Assembly: GCA_963771465.1 (NCBI GenBank)
Contig: CAVYTU010000017.1
Coordinates: forward strand, 96,001 to 160,000
Direction of reading: 5' to 3'
Origin: an uncultured delta proteobacterium
GTDB lineage: Bacteria > Desulfobacterota > Binatia > UBA9968
Length of the DNA: 64,000 nt
Made by a program: the position numbers and the translations under genes. Below are positions 59,180-64,000 of this stretch, piece by piece (position 1 is the first letter of the stretch; each line of letters opens with the position of its first letter). The notes beneath the pieces are model-generated. The model saw only the letters and a list, made by a program, of their open reading frames with translations, had not been told where the DNA came from and searched no databases.

Positions 59180-60346
59180 TTATCCCTTATGTGCGCGAAT
59201 AATATTCTGCCCTAAGCGCCAGCGCAGCACTTCGTTGGCGCCTTCGGTGATACGCGTGCTGCGGATTTGCCGGTACCACCATTCCAGCGGTAGTTCTTTC
59301 ATCAAACCTAAACCGCCGTGCACCTGGATGGCGCGGTCGACCACGCGGCTCGCCATCTCCGTCGCCATCACTTTGACCATGTAAGACAGATCGCGCACGT
59401 CTTCGCCGCGATCGACTCTCCAGGCGCATTCGTAGACCATATTGCGCACGGTGTGTATTTCCATTGCCGAGTCGGCGATCATGAATTGGATCGCCTGGCG
59501 GTCGGCGAGCGGGCGGCCGAAGGTCACGCGCACTTTGGAATATTCGACCATCATGTCGAGACAACGCGAGGCGATGCCCACCGGGCGCGCGCCGTGGCCG
59601 CGGATGCGTCCTTCGCCGATCCACTTTTGCGCGATGGAAAAACCGCCGCCCACTTCGCCGATGACATTGTTCGCCGGCACGCGCACGTTGTCGAACACCA
59701 GTTGCCAGGGCGCTTCGCCCATCATCGCCGGCCACTGTCGCTCGAGCAGCACGCCGGGACTCTTCAGATCGACGGCGAAGCAGGTGATGCCGCCGCGCGC
59801 TTTCTTTTCTAAATCGGTAACGGCCATCAACTGCGCGTAATCGGCGCGGCCGGCAGCGGTGATAAATCGCTTGGTGCCGTTAATAATGAATTCGTCGCCG
59901 TCGCGCACGGCTCGGGTACGCATGTTCGCCGGATCGCTGCCGGCGTCGGGCTCGGTTTGGGCAAAGCAAAACTTTAACTCGCCGCTGAGGACCGGTTTGA
60001 GAAATCTCTCTTTCTGTTCATCGCTACAATAGAACAGCACCGGGCGCACTTCCGGACCGAACAGTTCGAGACTGCGAAAGGGCAGCGACGCCGCCCGGGC
60101 GATTTCCTCGTGAATGATGCAGCGCGGCAGCAGGCCAAGTCCCGCGCCGCCGTACTCAGACGGCACATCGAGCATCCACAAGCCCATCGCTTTGGTTTTC
60201 TCCTGCAGCGGCTTGAGTAAATGTTCCGGCATAGGCCCTTCGCTGTCGTGCCGGTATTCGCGCTCCAGCGGAATCAGCTCTTTGTCGACGAAGCGGCGAA
60301 CCGTGTTGCGGAGGATTTGTATTTCTTCGGGTAGGTTAAAGTCCAT
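59180..60346 (-). CDS. Acyl-CoA dehydrogenase
   Basis: AQTEPDAGSD, NGTKRFIT, HGGLG, RITEGANEV. Confidence 0.93.
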   Translation of the reverse strand: MDFNLPEEIQILRNTVRRFVDKELIPLEREYRHDSEGPMPEHLLKPLQEKTKAMGLWMLDVPSEYGGAGLGLLPRCIIHEEIARAASLPFRSLELFGPEVRPVLFYCSDEQKERFLKPVLSGELKFCFAQTEPDAGSDPANMRTRAVRDGDEFIINGTKRFITAAGRADYAQLMAVTDLEKKARGGITCFAVDLKSPGVLLERQWPAMMGEAPWQLVFDNVRVPANNVIGEVGGGFSIAQKWIGEGRIRGHGARPVGIASRCLDMMVEYSKVRVTFGRPLADRQAIQFMIADSAMEIHTVRNMVYECAWRVDRGEDVRDLSYMVKVMATEMASRVVDRAIQVHGGLGLMKELPLEWWYRQIRSTRITEGANEVLRWRLGQNIIRAHKG

Positions 60347-60418
60347 ATGGGTCTCTCTTAGAATAAATGATTTGTCAGTTTGTAGCTCATGCAGTCCATT
60401 GTCAGCAAGTTTTCAGCC

Positions 60419-60973
60419 TTAATTGTTACAAAGCTTGAGTGTCCTTACTGTAGTTTCCAATGCCCATACCGTCGTCGCGTGCTGCCAATCGCCCGTGATT
60501 AGCAAGGAAACAGCATGTTTCTTGTCATAAACCATCATGTAATTCATGCCCATTGGCGGCATATTTCCTGATGGCAAACGGTAATAGGCGTTTGTTTTCA
60601 GGTCGTAAGTGTAGGTGCTACTGGATAGGGCGCCGGCAGGGCGGTTGGAACCGTTGCGCGGATTATCGACAACTAAGAGAAAAACACCTCGAACTTCGTC
60701 GAATGCCATTGGGAAGGATTGGCTCTTAGGGAGGCTATCGCCTTGTGGAATTCTTTTCTCCCATGTCCCCGGTGATCCGGATGCAATTGCTGACGTGTAG
60801 AGCCAAATCTCATTTATGCTTTGATATTCTCCAAAGACGGCGATTTTTTTATTGATCGTGTCGTATTCCATATTGTGATGAATGCTGTGATGGGTTTCCC
60901 GTGTTGCTAGTTTCCATTCGTCACGATTAGGGCCGATTTCCCAAACCCCTCCGCCGTGATATCCGATGATCAC
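60419..60973 (-). pseudogene. 5'-truncated Kelch/beta-propeller-like fragment
   Basis: AT-rich; repeated M.YD...V.G...W.Y blade motifs; begins abruptly at the Rhs junction with no clear RBS. Confidence 0.5.
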
Positions 60974-60981
60974 AACTCAGA

Positions 60982-61688
60982 GCGACGGCAATCAAATCAT
61001 TTGCTTAAACGTACGACAAGGTTGGGAATCGGAAATCCAAAGCCGACAACGCCGGAACGGCGGACTACACCTACGATGTTTTAAACCGCCTCACCCAAGC
61101 GGTTAACCCGCTGCCGACCAATCCGCTGGAGACGTTCACTACGATCTGGTCGGCAACAGAACCAACTTCAATCAGAACGGCGCGTCGATCTTCAACATAG
61201 CGAACCAATTGTTGGAAGACGCCAACTTTACTTCCCAATACGACAACAACGGTAATATGACGATGAAGACGGCGAAGGTTGGCGCAGCCGTCACGAACTT
61301 TGAGCACGACGCCGAGAACAAGCTGGTTCGCGTCGTGTCGCCAAGTAACACCGCGAACTATAAGTACGACGGTTTAGGACGAAGAGTCGAAAAGCAAGTG
61401 ATTGCGGGCACGACGACGGTCACCAAATACGTCTACGACAACGAAGACATCCTGCTCGAACTGAATGGCTCCAATCAAATCGTCGCCCGTTACACCCATG
61501 GCCCCGGCAAGAATGATCAATGGGTACAAGACATTATCAAGAAAGAAGCACCGGTATATTTGGCATCTCCAACTCAGCTGTGGGATGCTGTAAATAATAG
61601 ACCGACAGTTCTCGCACGAGAAATTCAACAACTAGAGTCCGCCGGTTATAAGCAAATCGGCGATTATCCGGTTCCGCCAGGATGGTAG
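60982..61688 (+). pseudogene. Rhs/YD-repeat core fragment fused to a toxin-like tail
   Basis: YDKVGNR, YTYDVLNRL, YDLVGNR, YKYDGLGRR, YVYD, RYTHGPG; in-frame TAA at 61006 and frameshift near 61139. Confidence 0.78.
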
Positions 61689-61697
61689 GCCGGCGAT

Positions 61698-62309
61698 ATG
61701 AACAAACTTGAAGAGACAATAGGATTATTGCAAGAATTGGACGCTGCAAAGGTCCCAGGGTATGGAGCAAGTAAAATACCTGATGAGATCGACGAAAAAA
61801 TTACAAGAACATTGAAGAGCTACCTCGAACTTAACGAATAGGAAAAAAAGGAACTTAGGGGAAAAGTCATACGTGAGCACAAGTTTGTATTTCTGGCGTT
61901 CGCGGAACGAATGGCATCGTTAGCGATCCGGGCGAAATCACAAGAGCCATTGAGCGTAGTCATGATGGCGATGTTCTTACAAATAGATGTCGGCGATGTG
62001 AGGGAAGACATTGTGATTCTGATTCTAACATATGCAGCAGCACACAAATTTGGGCTCGATCCACGATCTGTATTCATGGAATCTGCTCGACAATTCGGAT
62101 TGAATGATACTTCTGGTTTGGAGGCGTTTCTCAAAAGATCAGATGAAGATAAATCATTAGATTCCATGGGCTACGTCGAAGGGGCGGATCGGTCTTCCAG
62201 ACTTGGTCTACGGTTTTCTATTAAACTCGAATGCGCCTCGCGCCTCGCCACTCTCCGGAACCGTAATCTCTTGGCTCTTGATCCCGCCGTCTTCATGCCA
62301 AGCCGTTAG
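61698..62309 (+). pseudogene. Putative Rhs immunity protein with an in-frame TAG
   Basis: ATG 9 bp after the Rhs stop; one frame reads through TAG at 61839-61841 into AERMASLAIR...EDKSLDSMGY; AT-rich. Confidence 0.55.
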
Positions 62310-62909
62310 GACATAATTGCCGGCCGGCAGATCGGGTATTGAAAATGTCCCCTGCTCATTGGTGACGGCATAGTATGGGTGATCGAAGACGTGGATGAAT
62401 CCCAACATCCACGCGTGGGTGTCGCAGACGACTCTTAAGATTCCTGCTTGCCTTATTCTCGAAGTCGTCTCAATGGTTGTGTTTCTGAAAGGCAAGGACA
62501 AATTGAAAACCGTCCGATCTCCCAGGTAGGCGTGTGGTACGTGCAGTTTTGGGTCGTTGCTTTTGACTTTTAACTTTTCTCCCCGCTGCATAGCCATCAC
62601 CCGCGGTGCGTAGCGACAGCCATCGTTGTAGAGAAAGTTTTCTTTCAGTGGATCAGCCGCTTTTCCTGCCGGCGCGGACTCGATAAAGACGACTACATTT
62701 TTAAGGCCGCCGTTTGATTCGATCAAATACGTCTCGTTAGGCAGCGTCTCGCCGCAATAGTCCTGATCTTTGCTGACCTTTATCGGTTTGAGTTGCGCTG
62801 GAGGATCAGTGAATCTGACCTCACCGGCGATCGAGCCGGCATGAATGTTAGCAACGGAAAACATGATGAGAGATGCGGCCAGGGTCGTCGTGAGTATTTT
62901 GGTTGCCAT
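62208..62909 (-). CDS. Secreted cupredoxin-like/carboxypeptidase-regulatory-like domain protein
   Basis: Signal peptide, KDQDYCG, LHVPH, CDTHAWM, GNYVLTAWHE; paralog of 1..559. Confidence 0.8.
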   Translation of the reverse strand: MATKILTTTLAASLIMFSVANIHAGSIAGEVRFTDPPAQLKPIKVSKDQDYCGETLPNETYLIESNGGLKNVVVFIESAPAGKAADPLKENFLYNDGCRYAPRVMAMQRGEKLKVKSNDPKLHVPHAYLGDRTVFNLSLPFRNTTIETTSRIRQAGILRVVCDTHAWMLGFIHVFDHPYYAVTNEQGTFSIPDLPAGNYVLTAWHEDGGIKSQEITVPESGEARGAFEFNRKP

Positions 62910-63104
62910 CGTGAGCTCAGATATGTACGCTTTTGCAACGACCAACGGGCGACAGTACCCCAACTGCTTCGACAGGGTCAAGAATAGTTGTAACGCCGAA
63001 TATTCGAGTCGAGATATGGTAAGGTAGAGGTGAGTCCGTGGTCAATTGACAAGGTGGCTGTATCCGACTACATCCCGACGAGTCAGCGCTGCTACACTAA
63101 TACG

Positions 63105-64000
63105 ATGCATGGAGCCGTGAGCAAGATCCTCCGAACGGTCATCGGGGTCGGTATTCTCATTTTGTCGAGTTCGGTCGATCTCGGAGCGCAAAGCCGTAAG
63201 GTGCGCGTGGCGATGCCCGGCTACACGATTGCGGGATTGTCGTTTCTGACGGCGAAGCTTAACGGCTACTACGCCGGGGAAGGTTTGGATGTCGAGCTGA
63301 TCGCGATGCGCGCGCCGACGGCGAATTTGGCGGTGCTGAGTGGTAGCGTGGAGTTTTCCACCGTGCCCTTGGTCGGACTCAACACGGCGCTGCGCGGCGG
63401 CGCGTTGAAAGTAATCATGGTTCACTTCGACAAGCCGCAGCATGTGCTGTTCGTCAAAAAAGAGCTGCAAAATTTGCAACTATTGCGTGGGAAGAAGTTG
63501 GCGGTGTCCGGCCCCGGCGTGATCGACGACCTTCTCCTGCGGGAAGTTCTGGCGGCCAACGGCGTCGACGCCAACCGCGAAGTGACGATCCTAACACTGG
63601 GCTCGGCCGATACGCGCGTGACCAGCTTGATTACCGGCACGGTGGACGGCGCGATGATCATTGCGCCATTCACGTTCACGGCGAAGGACAATGGTTTCCG
63701 AGAACTGGTGGTGTTCAAGGATCAAGGCGTTCTCTTGGCCAGCGGTGGCATTGTGGCGCGAGACGAGATGCTCAGATCCGATCCGTTGCTGGTGGAGCGT
63801 TTCGTGCGCGCGTCGATGATGGGATTCATCCATTCGCGCGACAATCGAAATGGTGCGATCAGAGTTCTCACCAAGAGTCTCAAGATCGACGAATCCATCG
63901 CCGCGAAGGTCTACGATTCATCGCGGCCGACGATGACCGCCGATGGCACGCTGTCCGACGATAGCCAAAAAAAGATGGCCGCCTTCGTGGCCAAGACTGC
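63105..64000 (+). CDS. NMT1/SsuA-type ABC substrate-binding protein (3' end outside window; missing from the ORF track)
   Basis: Open frame MHGAVSKILRTVIGVGILILSSS...KVRVAMPG...GYYAGEGLDVELIAM...LRGKKLAVSG running to the window end. Confidence 0.82.
   Translation, partial: MHGAVSKILRTVIGVGILILSSSVDLGAQSRKVRVAMPGYTIAGLSFLTAKLNGYYAGEGLDVELIAMRAPTANLAVLSGSVEFSTVPLVGLNTALRGGALKVIMVHFDKPQHVLFVKKELQNLQLLRGKKLAVSGPGVIDDLLLREVLAANGVDANREVTILTLGSADTRVTSLITGTVDGAMIIAPFTFTAKDNGFRELVVFKDQGVLLASGGIVARDEMLRSDPLLVERFVRASMMGFIHSRDNRNGAIRVLTKSLKIDESIAAKVYDSSRPTMTADGTLSDDSQKKMAAFVAKT

Noticed and set aside
1-64000. tRNA, rRNA, integrase or transposase genes
   Set aside because: No cloverleaf/T-loop signature in intergenic regions and no DDE, tyrosine or serine recombinase motifs in any ORF.

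Overview
A gene-dense, GC-rich bacterial chromosomal segment with about 60 CDS and no rRNA, tRNA, CRISPR array or transposase that I could recognise. The many orphan solute-binding proteins (NMT1/SsuA, TctC, TAXI), amidohydrolases, VOC proteins and CoA enzymes resemble Candidatus Binatia/Binatota-type deltaproteobacterial genomes, which is an inference. Main blocks: (i) GST/VOC/haloacid dehalogenase genes; (ii) a decaying FdhF/YdeP molybdoenzyme next to a nitrate-reductase-associated protein; (iii) a CitE + acyl-CoA dehydrogenase + MaoC + CaiB cluster resembling itaconate/C5-dicarboxylate catabolism; (iv) an amidohydrolase-cupin dioxygenase-deiodinase-like-SBP-TAXI operon; (v) benzoate-CoA ligase with a Liv-type ABC transporter; (vi) an enoyl-CoA hydratase/HMG-CoA-lyase-like/acyl-CoA synthetase/TctC cluster; (vii) an AT-rich decayed Rhs toxin/immunity islet. 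The most notable oddity is an LspA (signal peptidase II)-fold membrane protein with a remodelled active site and a CxxC insertion, coupled to a HAD phosphatase. Intergenic spaces carry CGTC/GTCAT-type REP-like palindromes and short GTTCAA tandem repeats. Several genes carry frameshifts, some in homopolymers, suggesting long-read assembly errors, so pseudogene calls are tentative. All family assignments come from motif recognition; no database searches were run.
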